Source of the DNA: Phoronis australis
Taxonomy: Eukaryota; Animalia; Phoronida
Length of the DNA: 64,000 bases
Assembly (NCBI GenBank): GCA_002633005.1
Contig: NMRA01000515.1
Location: 247,680 to 311,679, forward strand
Direction of reading: 5' to 3'
The translations under genes were made by a program, and so were the position numbers. The notes beneath the pieces were generated by a model. That model searched no databases and was not told where the DNA came from. It saw only the letters and a list, made by a program, of their open reading frames with translations. Position 1 is the first letter of the stretch. The number at the start of each line of letters is the position of its first letter. Shown piece by piece: positions 1-11,739 of this stretch.

Positions 1-279
1 TCATATCCATCCGAAAACAGTAGGATAGCGTTATCTCACTAACAGATACCTATATGTCAAATTTTATGAAAACTGCCACAAGGGGGCATACCGGTAGTCG
101 GATCCGTCCGAAAATTTGCCAGAACAGATGTGCAAAATTTCATGAACATACGTCAAAGGATTTTGGAGATAGAGTAGTGGATGCCGGACGGACACTGGAC
201 GGACGCCGGACGGACGCCGGACGGACGCTGGGATGGCAGCATAATGCGTCCACATACAAATATGTGGGTGCATAAAAAT
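1..279. mobile_element. Non-autonomous Helentron/DINE-like (HINE) fragment, truncated by window start
   Basis: (GGAC/GGACGCC)n microsatellite at ~186-230, then a terminal stem-loop ccacata-caaa-tatgtgg and an A-rich end; this layout resembles HINE/DINE-1 elements. Family assignment is inference. Confidence 0.45.
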
Positions 280-388
280 ACCTTAAACCTGCTAACATAA
301 AACCTAAGCAATGTAAAAAGGTAGGAAATGTAAAGAAATGGAAAAGATCAAACAATTAAGTTTCACAACAGCTTCAGTTACAGCTTAC

Positions 389-487
389 CTTGATATATAG
401 GAAGTAAAGCTTGGGGTCTTCTTCGTTAGGTGTGCTCCAGTAGATGTCATCTTGCCCCTGGCTGAGTGCAACCCTTTACCTATGGCC
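389..487 (-). other. Candidate 99-bp exon of an unidentified minus-strand gene
   Basis: Minus-strand acceptor tgttgttacag| and strong donor AAG|gtaagc. One open frame (AIGKGLHSARGKMTSTGAHLTKKTPSFTSYISR) contains an AAGATG start context. Homology not recognised. Confidence 0.35.
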
Positions 488-3045
488 CTGTAACAACACT
501 TAACACTTAACACTGTTGAACTGAGGACATGGAATATGCTAAATTCTAGCCAAAGCAAAAAAGTGAGCATTCTAAAAACACCATAGATTTGCAAAACTGA
601 TGCCAACGAAATATTTGTAACTAAACGGATGAAGTGTTCCACCATGCACTGTCCACTGCTGCATCAAAGAATATGGCACATCTGTGCTATATTAGAACAC
701 TTTGTCAGACAGGTCCAAGTGTATCAGCTGTTTTGACAACAGAAAGCTACTGTGACACTAAATTGGTTAGTCAATACCTAAGACAACAAACTAGTTCTCA
801 ATCAATCCATTTCATGGAGACTTCTCTCCACAGGAGGATTTCTTAGACATTTAGTTTTCTGATCCTCTTGTCGACATCTGGGATGGGTACATCATAACTT
901 GATGATACTTTGGGTCTATGTCAATTTCCCAATAGCCCAAAGAACTGTGTTGGTCTCCATTATCCCAGTCCATTTCTTAGAAAATGGTCAATAGAACTCT
1001 ATATCAAGGCTAACACACACAACAAATTCCAGTCATAACTAACTAGCTACATGTCTCAAGTCTAATAGGCCAACAACCCCTTGGGCTAAGACACTGTACC
1101 ACACCGTGTGTTCCTGATAAAAGTGGCAGTACAACCTTGAGTCCTAGGCACTTACAGTATATGACAGACTGTATATTCACCAGTAGGTGCTAATGAATAA
1201 CTAGGATGCTGTTTTTAACATCTGAATAGATTGAAAGCAGAAAGAAGGTCCCATGTGACTACCTAAATGAATGTATTTCTACAGGTAAGACATGTCAAAC
1301 TAACACCACCTACCTCATTTAAAGTCGCTCACTGACACCTTGCATCAGGTCAACATGTGATTTTAACTACAGTATGTAAGGACAATGTGCAATATGGCTT
1401 GGTTCAAGAAAAGACAGTGAACCACTAAGAGAACAGAACATCATTGATGACTTGATGACAGAACTTTCAACTCACTTGCAACTGAATGCAGAATGTAGCC
1501 TTACCATTTTCTTCATAGTAGGTTGCAAAGATAATCAGCAAGTGCAACCAATGACCACAAATGCTGGAATTAGCTTCATGGATGTCCAATTTCATTGATC
1601 ACTTAGTGACTGCACACAAGGAGTTTATTTTTCGTTACGCAAGGGAGATGTTCATATGAAATCAACTTGCAAGTATGAGTCTAGTTGCAGACACTCATTC
1701 ACACACAAGGAATCTCAATTCAAGAATTCAAAGTACCAAACAAATATAATGGATGTTGCTAACTCACTTGTTTACCATTGGCCAAAACTAAATAAAGAAA
1801 ACTAAAGTCAACCATGTGCACTATAATCCTGTCCACACAAACACATACCAAGAACAACTTCCACTAGTGCAACTTGCCCCACTCTGAAGTGGAGCGTCCC
1901 CACACATAATTACTAGGGTAGGACGGAAGATGCCGCTCTGTGTGTGACAATGAACAGTTGATGCAAATACGAGCCAAAAGAAAACCTGTCTTTAGGTAAC
2001 TACAGCTGATAATTACTCCTGCCTTGTCCTGAGTTTGCAGCAACACAGTGATTAAAAGTTGTGCACGTTACCCAAGAACAAGTTCATTAGGGCAATCTTT
2101 TGCCAACAGGATTTGCACAGAGAAGGCATGCACTGTTTACCCCCGGAGTACCCTGCGAATTCCTAGGCACATCAGAGGCTTGATGGTGCTGTCACGCATT
2201 GAAGTGAGCTAGTTGCTATTCATGGGCTTAGATGGACATGTTGGATGAGGTACCATTGTGGTCGTAAACCAGCATGCCTGTTTAGCGTACGAGTTTCAAA
2301 GTCAAAAAGTGAACAAGTAAGGCAAAAGATCAACACGACTGTTTTTAAAATTGAAAAATAGTAGCTATCTTAGAATGTTTAAATTGGATGCATTATTAGA
2401 GAAATTAGCGAATAGGGTTTTCTTCAGCATCATGGCTAAGCCACGAGCATTAACTTGTGAATCAATTAGAACAAGTTAGTCACAGTCTGGCTCAGGCTCA
2501 CTTAGGCATTGGGGTAACAAAACCCCAAATGTTAGCGTACGAGTTGTCTCAAGTACTCTACCTTGATAAGGTGGAGTAAGAAGTCACAGGTGGAACAAGA
2601 TGCACTAGTTTAAATAGCATCCCAACAGCCCTCAAACCTTAGCGACAACTCGTTCCACAAGTAACTTGTTCTAAAGTAAGTCTGTTTGGACAGAGCTTAT
2701 GTCAGTTGTTTGAAATTACTTGGGTTGGCTTTCTGGGTACGATGTCACAAGGCCTCATTCAAGAGCGTCTATTTATACATTCTGCTGATCAGGGCACAGG
2801 GTCTAATATTTCATACTCAAAACTGAGCTTAACATTATTTATAATATTTTCCGCACTGTTTTAATACAAATTCCAGATAAATGTCTATTATTCTAAGCCT
2901 GAATACATTATGGTTTATGCAGATGAGTTTCAATTCCAAATTTGCACTCAATCACCCCTAGATTTGAGTGACAAAATCTAGTAAAAATTCAAAATTTCAA
3001 GTTCAGACACAAATTAATAGTTTAATTCTGGGGTCGTTGAGTGTA

Positions 3046-3154
3046 AATTAGAACTATACACAGACATGGGCCCAAACCATAATATACTCCATCACATAAT
3101 TAGAATTATACACAGACATGGGCCCAAACCATAATATACTCCATCACATAATTA
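3046..3154. repeat. Local tandem duplication, 52-bp unit x2
   Basis: aattagaa(c/t)tatacacagacatgggcccaaaccataatatactccatcacat starts at 3046 and again at 3098. Confidence 0.9.
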
Positions 3155-6100
3155 CAGACAATGGCTAACCTTTAAAAGGTAAACATGAAAAAAATCTTGT
3201 GAAAATCTTTACAATGGGTGCTGATTTGAAAACAAAACTTATCATGCTTCATGTAATCTAACACTTCACAACTAAAAATTTTCCTTGCACAAAAAACATC
3301 GGCAGTCATATACAGGTCTTACGTCACAGCAGATTGGTTGTATTTGTCATTCAGAACCTTAGCTCATTTTAATTGCAAGCATTTAACAAGCAGGTCAAAC
3401 CTACACCACTAATTGTAAACAGTGCGTTGGTTAAGTGCAAGTCAGAGTGACATATACCCAAGGCCTACCACAAGGCCTTCATCTAGAGGGCATCCAACTG
3501 GACATACCATGACTGAATTTATTTGGATGCCCTGTTCAGCAATTGTAAGCCAGTCCAAAATAGTTAAGATATGATGCAAGATATGATAACATTTATTGCA
3601 GACCAATGTTTCCTTTTGTAACACACCACACTGTCATAGCTACTTGACTTAGGGATCATAAAAATGCAGTTATGTGTCGTTGGGTTATGGAAGCCCTGAG
3701 AAATTGGAAATGGTACCCATTTTGGACACCCTAATTTTGAAATTCTAGATGAGCCCCTGTATGAGACTACCAGGTGATGTCAGCTTTAAATTACGAGCCC
3801 ACTGGAAAGGTCTGTCCTGGAATAAAACAACACAACTATCGTTCCATAGTCACCAACATTGTAACACACACTTGTCCAGCTTCTTCTATATACAGATGTA
3901 GTGGTAACTATTTCATATTCCAAATATTATGTAATTGTAACACAAGCAAACTTTTATTACATTCTGAGTTACAATGCTGATACCAAGAAATTGGCAAAAA
4001 GAACAAATAACAGTGCTGAATGTTCTTCCTTTGCTTATCAACTGAGGAGTGCCTGACATTTTGAAAAGTAGGTCAGTCACGCAATGTATATTAATTTCAA
4101 CCTGCACTAAAAGGTTCAATCCAGGAAGAGCCCAGCATACAGACATAGCCTCGGGCCACAGAAACCTGGTGGGAGGGCACACATAAAGAATATTTACTGT
4201 TGTCCATTATAAGTGATTAAACAAATGATTTCTACAACATGGAACTGAATATTCGTGAAAAGAACAGATTACATTCTTTTATAACAGGTATGCTTCATTA
4301 CAACAATGAACAAAGCAGAACATTGCATTTTAGAAATTTGGTTGACAAATCTGTCAAGTAGCAGACAGAATGGGCTGTCTGACTAAACCACACTAACCAT
4401 GAACATGACAAAAAATGTTAAGGTTGCCAATGCTGTGCCTGTGATTGGCTAATATTGTTTTCATTGTCAAAAAGTAACGAACAAAAACCCTCCCAACATC
4501 AGCTGTAGCTGACAATCACAGCATCAGATAGGTTACAAGGCCATAACTATGAGACACTCAACTTCGTCCAAATATAGATAATTTTACAAAGTAAAGTTCA
4601 CAAGTACCTAAAACGTCACAATTAAATAAGGGCTGAGGTGCACACATTATAATCAGGGATGACAGGACCAGTTGATCTTCATGGGTCGTTTGAAACACAA
4701 ATATTTCTATTAGCCAAGAACATCAATTTACAACATTGTGTCCAGCAATACATTTACATACACAAGGATATGAAATGCAAACAACACCTTCAATGTGAAA
4801 TAACATAAACAAGTCAACATTTAGGCCCTTTTACTAAAAATTTGTGATTTATGATCTCTTTAACATAACTTAAAAATTAACCCAGTGTTTCACAACCAAA
4901 AGTTAACATTTACATTTGTTCCCACAGGTGTAAATCAGGCTCGTGACCAAAAAGGTTGTTCTTATGTGAAACAAGACCCTGGTATAAATTTTATCAAAAG
5001 CCATCAGTTTATAGCCACAACTAAGAAGGTCATAGGTACACTACTGCGAAGGCGACTGTATTTTAGAGAGCAAAGCATTGCTCACTGCTCACCCTCAAGT
5101 TGAACTCCCAATTTCATAAATTATGTAAATTAACTGTTTGCTAAAACAATTAAAGATAAAACCCGTTTTAGCCAAGACCTGGGTGGAGTTCATTAGGCTG
5201 CGAAATAGTAGGTTACACTTACAGCAAGAAAACTTTGCTTATGGAACAGAAACAAGTGAATTCAATGCCTTAATTCATGAATTCTATCCCATATTTCAGC
5301 ACTCTCCAGGCATATAGGTTATGGTGAAATGAGGATCCTGGTCTTGCAGGTTGGGCTGTCCCTTGAATGATACTAATTAGTGAAGTGTCATTAAAGAACC
5401 TTAAGCTTTCAGCTCTAACCAAGGTAATGAAGTTAGAGCAGTGATTGCTTGTCACACCACAACACAGGAATGGGTCAGCTGTTGGATCAATATACACTAC
5501 TGCCGGTCAATATCTCACCTGCTCTTCAACACACCAACCGAATGTCTAGTCTCATCCTGGTGAGCTAACATTTTTTCATTAAAACAATTACTGATACATT
5601 CTTGCAAAGACTTTGTGAACGATACAACACATATCTGCATATAATCTAACAAATTAGCTTGCTACCTTTATCATAACATACTACAGTAAAACTAACAAAT
5701 ATCTGTGTTATCAAAAAAAAGCACATTTCAAAAATCCTTTCGATGCCACAGTAATAATGCACAATGAGAGAATGAACAACAATGACTTTTCGAGCCTAAA
5801 ACTCAAAAATCATAAAACCATGCAGCTGACTAGTACAATACCCAAATACCGTGGAATCATAAGTTAATTCTTACTCCATAGCTGCTTTCCACCGTGTCCT
5901 TGGGCTTATATTGTTGATCACATCCATGTTTATTTCTCAAGAGCCTGACAATGACAGTAAATGTTAACTTGATAAGCACAATTAATTCAACACAGGCATC
6001 AACAGAAGTCAGGAAAGGAAATACCACAGGTTTGTGGATAGACTAATGTCAACCAGCAATCAAGAACTAGCCTAGACATCTACTTGACTTGACCAAAAGG

Positions 6101-7863
6101 ATAGTTAGAAGAAGTAAATTAAGAAGTATTGATTTACTGTGGTTCGCCCTCCGACAGTATCGAAGCCTTTTGACACTACTTCAACTCTAGTGGAAAATGC
6201 AGGTTTTTATGACCTTAGGTCATATTAGAACAAAATCTTTTGTTCAAAATTTATGGATTTGATACATCAAGCATTAACATAAGGTTATGTAGCGCTCTTA
6301 CAAAAATGACCAAATTTGTAACACCACATCCCAGAAATGGCTGGTTGGTTTCATCTGAAACTTTCCAATGGTTTTGTGGATGTTTGACTAAATATGCAGA
6401 CTCATGCATAAGGTCTTAAATAACCTTAAAAACAAAATTAATTTGCAACAAAGAGCAAAATATGTGAAGTCATAAAACAATAACTTAAACATTTAAGTTT
6501 CACTTGTACCTGTGTGAATCAAAAATAGGACAGATGAATAGACACCCTCCCACCAATAGCATGTTGGCCGAAACCTCACGGAATCACCTGTACAGAGGTT
6601 TCAAGCACAATTGAAATGAAACAGGAAGTTGTTAAGACAAAAACCCAGCAACATTGAACTTGAGTTAACAAGGAGTGTAGCAAGTGGACAAGCCCTGAGG
6701 AATGATAAGAGACTACACACCCACATTATAGATTGTGTTATGCACACTTTAAAGATTCCACCAGTGTTTATTAAACTTCCTCAGCAAACCCTGACCCCAT
6801 CAGCACAATAGATAACTAGACTAGTACCAGCAGAGACTAGATGCTACGATCTATACCAGCTAATGATTGGTCATAGAAATGACGTCGAATAATTTAGCAA
6901 CGAATGCTGGCCCTCCCAACAAGGGCACTGAATGGTTCCCTTATCACAGCAATTTGTTTACTTTTAATTTAATGTTGATGTCTGCTGGGTAACGCTAATC
7001 ATTTACAATTTCACTGTCCGCAGTAATATGTTAGTTCCTAGTAAATGTGCAGCGCTACTGCGACACCTATCAGGCTAGTCAACTCACGTGACTTTCCAAA
7101 TAATGAAATCAACACAGCTAGTAACTTGACTGTATTTTCTGACTGCACCAAGCTGACTGTGCTGGAGGCTGGAACATGGCTAAACATATAAGCCATTGAT
7201 GCTGGATCTAAAACTTTTTCCAAGGATTGTATCACAGCACATGGAAACTCTGTGACTAAAAAATTAGCGACACTTTAAAAAACATCTACTAAGATTTGGG
7301 CACATGAATGCAAATAATTCTGTCTACTGCAGATAATGAATAGCAATGGCTAGAAGTCAAAGCCAAATCTTTCACAGTTTGCCAAACTTGTGGATTGCAA
7401 ATCAGCATAAAACAGTTAACTTTTATGAAACAAAATTGGGTCTTTTTTATCTTTCCATACATTCTGACATTGTGGTGAATGCCAAAAGGTTGTCAAAGCA
7501 ATGTCTGGTGGATGGTACTGGTAGCTATGACATAAAAGATAAGAAATATGATAAATAGACAATGCATTCATTCGGTGTTAAGTACTTATTTTTTGAAAAA
7601 AAGTGAAAACAAAATTTCACCTGTCCCTCATATTGTATTCTAAATTAGCCAGATTATATCATAACACAAATTACCCCAAACAAATGCCCAGAAATTAAAA
7701 GCTAAAACTAACCATGGCAGTATAAATCCTTGAACACAAAATATAAAAATAGTGATTTTTCATGCACTAGAAAAGAATTGGGATGACCACATTTTTAGAA
7801 ATAGCAAGTATCAGAAGACCACCCCAATGTGGATATTGGTTAGAAATACTGACCAACCATTAA

Positions 7864-9534
7864 AGGAGAATGCCACCCGATTTAATTAGTCTTTTTTGCC
7901 GTCGTAATCGGTCTATATCCACATCGCCTCGCATACGGTCGACGTTACCTTGCCAAGAGGTGTCGCGTTAACCTGTGAGGAAGGTGAGAAACGATGCTAG
8001 CGACGTCAGTGGTTCATATGCAGAATGAATGCCGCTATGTTTCGGTGCATCGTTCCCGCTTGTCCGAACTAAGCAGCTGCGAGGAAAGCGAGTACATCGT
8101 TTTTTTACTTCCTCGAGAGTCCGAAATGCTTAGGAAGTGGCTCATGGTAGTGAAGAATGAAATGTATGCTTTAAATAGCAAGTATGAGGCCGTGAAACAT
8201 CTCTGTGTCTGTGGCCTGTAGACGTCGACAGTGCCTGACGAATGCCGGCTTACCAAATAACTCCATACGTTCCGTTGTCTGAGCTTGTTCACGGCGCATC
8301 TCTAGTATTTCTTCATCACTGTGTTCCTGTTCGAATTGATAGCCTGTAAAACTTAACATTCCACCCGCGAAGTCGGGACTGATGAGCTCTAGCTCGTCCT
8401 AAGTCGGGATTGCGAGTTGCCATGTTGGCGTTTATTGCTGAGCGTTCTGTTTCAAAATGAATTATTCTCACCAAAACCAATACTTACATAAAACTGAAAC
8501 AAAGTCTGTCTCATGCAATTTGTAATGCCTTTGGAGTGTTCGTAAGTGCAAATGATTTGAGAAGCCAGCAATGAATAAATCACTGCGTTACCGGGTTTAG
8601 GCAGTGCAATAAAACTAATTGACGGGACACCGAGGCCGTGTGAGCTCATGCTAATTTAGTGTTTGCTGGCAGAAACTGTTGTGAAACAACTCGATTTCCA
8701 TCCCATGGCCAGGTGTTAGGGGAATCTTTATTTACATTTATATTACTCAAATAATGATTGTCAATGTACAACTTCGGCCCTGACGGTGCTGTGGCCAAAG
8801 CGGAACCGGCTGAATTCGCGGCCCGCCCGACGAGTAAGTAGTTTCGTTGCTAATTCACCAACATAATCACATGCACATTACTTTGGCTCACTAGTAATAA
8901 TAGCATTTTCTTAATTGGAAGTTTTGTTTCCACTGAACTTTGGCTGGTTTATGTTCGTGATGTCTGATCAGTTTCCGAGCCACTGGCCTCGATAACGAGT
9001 CAGTCCGGCTGACCGCGACGGGCCTGATCGGGCTCCGAGCCACTGGCCAGGATAACAAGCGTTTTGTGTTTAGAACTCAAAAAATCACAAGTCTAAACAA
9101 CACAGATCTAGGTTCTCCTGTCTGTATCTCACGGAAAATACTTCGAAATTATCTCCGAAGAGACCCCAAACACCTGCTACGGACCTTATTGGCCTGCCAA
9201 ACTTTGTAAGCTACGGTGTCCAAATACCAATAAATCCGTCATAGCGAAATAAAACAAAACTTTTTTATAAGAGCTTGGTGTATTTTTAAGGGTTTTACAT
9301 CGAAGTTCGATGATTTATTGGTGTTAAACGATGACTTCAAGCAATAAGCCGACTCCAGTAACTCGTGTTGAGTGCTGAGCAGACTGCGTGTGAAACCGAT
9401 GACGTCATTGGATAATTTCAACACCTCCGTCTGGCGTCAGGTGTTAGGTAACGTAACCGTACGTGTCGTTATGGAGTAGAACTACTCGATCTAAATTGAT
9501 ACAAATTAGGTTGTTTTTTGGGTGGTACGCTCCT
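7864..9534. mobile_element. Kolobok-type DNA transposon, internally deleted non-autonomous copy
   Basis: TTAA on both flanks (7860-7863, 9535-9538). Imperfect TIRs aggagaatgccaccc / gggtggtacgctcct plus related subterminal sequence. Degenerate THAP-like peptide on + (FLLPRESEMLRKWL...HLCVC, 7994-8221) and a YQFEQEHSDEEI motif on - (8171-8359). CpG-rich relative to its flanks. Confidence 0.75.
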
Positions 9535-9711
9535 TTAATTTCTTATTCTAGATCAGGGCAAAAGACTTCTTCTCGTCACCCTTCTTAAAAGTGTAGTAGA
9601 CGTGACAGCACAGCAAGAAATTTTACAGTGAATATTCACATCAGTGTATTTCATGACCTGGAACTCTTTTAAGACTTCCACATCACAGAAATCCTGCAAG
9701 CTAACAGGTTT

Positions 9712-11010
9712 TTCTCACTTTTTCTTCGAGCAGTCCCTATTTCAGTTCCCAAAATCGTGAAATCAAAATTTTCATTTTTTAACCAGGCCGAAGGTCAGAA
9801 GTTGCGATCCTACCGGCGAACTTTGAAAGCTGAAGTTCCCACCCTTTGCGTACGTGCTGCCGGGAACCAGCTGTGCATTTGCCGTGTTGTTAAACATTAA
9901 AATGTCAAATATGTGCACAAAGACTTTTAAATGTCATATCAACAGCATTTATTTTTATCAAATACAAACAATAATTCATTGAAATACAAACAGTTTCAAG
10001 TAACGCCAATTAAAGACAAGTATATAAGTGGTGGCATTTTGGAAACGAACATTTGACTGACAAGACCGCAATGGCTCACCTTTGGCCTATTTAAAAATTA
10101 TTGAGGTTATGAAGTCACATCACCTAGCGAGCGCGTTAAATGTTGGAGCGTGCGCAGTACAAATATTTTGATTTCATGATTTTGGGAACTGAAATAGGGA
10201 CTGCTCGAAGAAAAAGTTTCATAACGGGAGTACTTGTTCGAGTTGGAAGAACTTAAACACATCGACAACCTCCTAAGGTGTTCCTCTATGCGCAAAAGGT
10301 ATTTATAACAACATGACTTTGATGGTTTAGTCGGTGCAAGGCATAATTCGCCGAAAAGCTTCCGGCGTACAGAGCGCCTATAGCCTCTACATCGCCTCTG
10401 GTTCGGGCCAACAGAGGCGATGGTCATTGCCTATATCCTAGATTGAGTAGACGAAAGCTTGCCAGCCAACTGCAAGCACAAAGGACACTGCAACCACAGG
10501 TACTCTCATTAGCTGTTCGACGTTACAACTATAGTATCATTGATGAGCGGCTAAGGTGCTGCGCTGTAACTGCATGCAAAGCTGGCACTAGTCGGATATA
10601 ACAGACAGTGATTTAGAGAACTAGTTTCATCCACTAAATAACGACCCTAAATAACAGGGTCGTTATTTAGTGATTGTCTGGTTCTCTAAATCAGGGTAAA
10701 TAGACAGCGACCACAGTCTCTAGTCAGCTAATGTGATGTCACACCGCCCGCCGAGCAGTGTTAAAAATGGCAGAGTTTCTGAATTCGGGAACTGAACGAG
10801 GGACTGCTCGAAGAAAATGTTTGATAAAGGGAGTATTCCTGCGAGTTGGAAGGAATTAAAAAATATATCGACGTCATCTTAGGGTATCCCTCTATGCAAA
10901 AGGTATTTATAACAACGTGACTTTGATGTTTTAGTCACTGTGAGGCATAATTCATCGAAAAGCTTAAGGCGTATGAAACTCCTACCCGAGCTACACCGTC
11001 TCTAGTCAGC
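9712..11010. repeat. Three related copies of a repeat (one inverted, two direct and diverged)
   Basis: Core ttttgggaactgaaatagggactgctcgaagaaaaagt is inverted at ~9717-9775, forward at ~10165-10405 and diverged forward at ~10783-11010. Confidence 0.8.
10609..10693. repeat. 85-bp near-perfect hairpin (mini-MITE or structured RNA)
   Basis: Outer arms tgatttagagaactag / ctggttctctaaatca; perfect 17-bp inner arms cactaaataacgaccct / agggtcgttatttagtg; 7-nt loop. Confidence 0.85.
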
Positions 11011-11155
11011 TGGTCACTGTGAGTGTGAGTAGTGCCGTAAGGCGCAAAGCTTGTCGAAGGCGATGAAGGAGAATGCTATAACACATTAACAGAACATGAA
11101 AAGCTTCAAACGACAGATTAACGAAACCCTAAAAATATAGAAAGCTATAATTTAC

Positions 11156-11450
11156 CTTGCAAACTATTGGGTGCATATGTGGTGGAAATAGCTTGTTTTT
11201 GTTTAGTCGTCGACTTCCTCATTTCTCCAGTGCGTCTGCGCCATATTGATTCTTAATGAGAATCAGGGGCGATAACTCATTGCAATGTCTATAGATGGCG
11301 CGACAACGCTTTGTCTTACTTTAAACGTCAAGCGTGATCAGGCATTACGCGCATACCCGATGATCCATGTATTGCGTTTTTTTCAAAGAACAGTTCATAG
11401 TGTCGTGCATATGAGCGCATGCACAGGTCAGTGTCCTTTGTACGGGTACT
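11156..11450 (-). promoter_or_regulatory. Putative promoter and first exon of the unidentified minus-strand gene
   Basis: CpG-rich patch with aatATGGCG (ATG at 11244, YY1-like/start context) and an NRF1-like gcgcatgcac. Donor CAAG|gtaaat at 11156/11155. Downstream DNA is CpG-poor and T-rich on the minus strand, as expected of introns. Confidence 0.45.
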
Positions 11451-11474
11451 TATCATGTGATATAGGCGGGGGTA

Positions 11475-11739
11475 CATGCTCGCACCCAGGGGGCCCAGGG
11501 TGCTCTCGAACGAGCCCCCATTTGGCAAAGTGGGCAAAAAGGTCCGCCTGAGAGAAACAGAAAGTCCGAGAAAACCAGACAAAATTCCACTAAAAGGCAG
11601 GAATTTGGCGAATGCACAATTCGTAGCTCTGAACGAAATCTGTTTACCTGTTTTTTTAGTACTCCGTTTTATTTTTAGTAAAAGGTCCACATTCTCAAAA
11701 ATTCGAGCCTCCCTATATTTTAGGCTGGGTGCGCGCATG
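11475..11739. mobile_element. MITE with 15-bp TIRs and 5-bp TSD
   Basis: TIRs catgctcgcacccag / ctgggtgcgcgcatg; gggta duplicated on both flanks. Confidence 0.75.

Noticed and set aside
1271-1290. Plus-strand ttctacag|gtaaga recursive-splice-like site
   Set aside because: Local strand skew indicates minus-strand transcription; a single motif can arise by chance.
280-11150. C/D snoRNA host-gene hypothesis for the left gene
   Set aside because: No minus-strand RTGATGA...CTGA pairs with terminal stems were seen outside the transposon; H/ACA RNAs cannot be excluded by eye.
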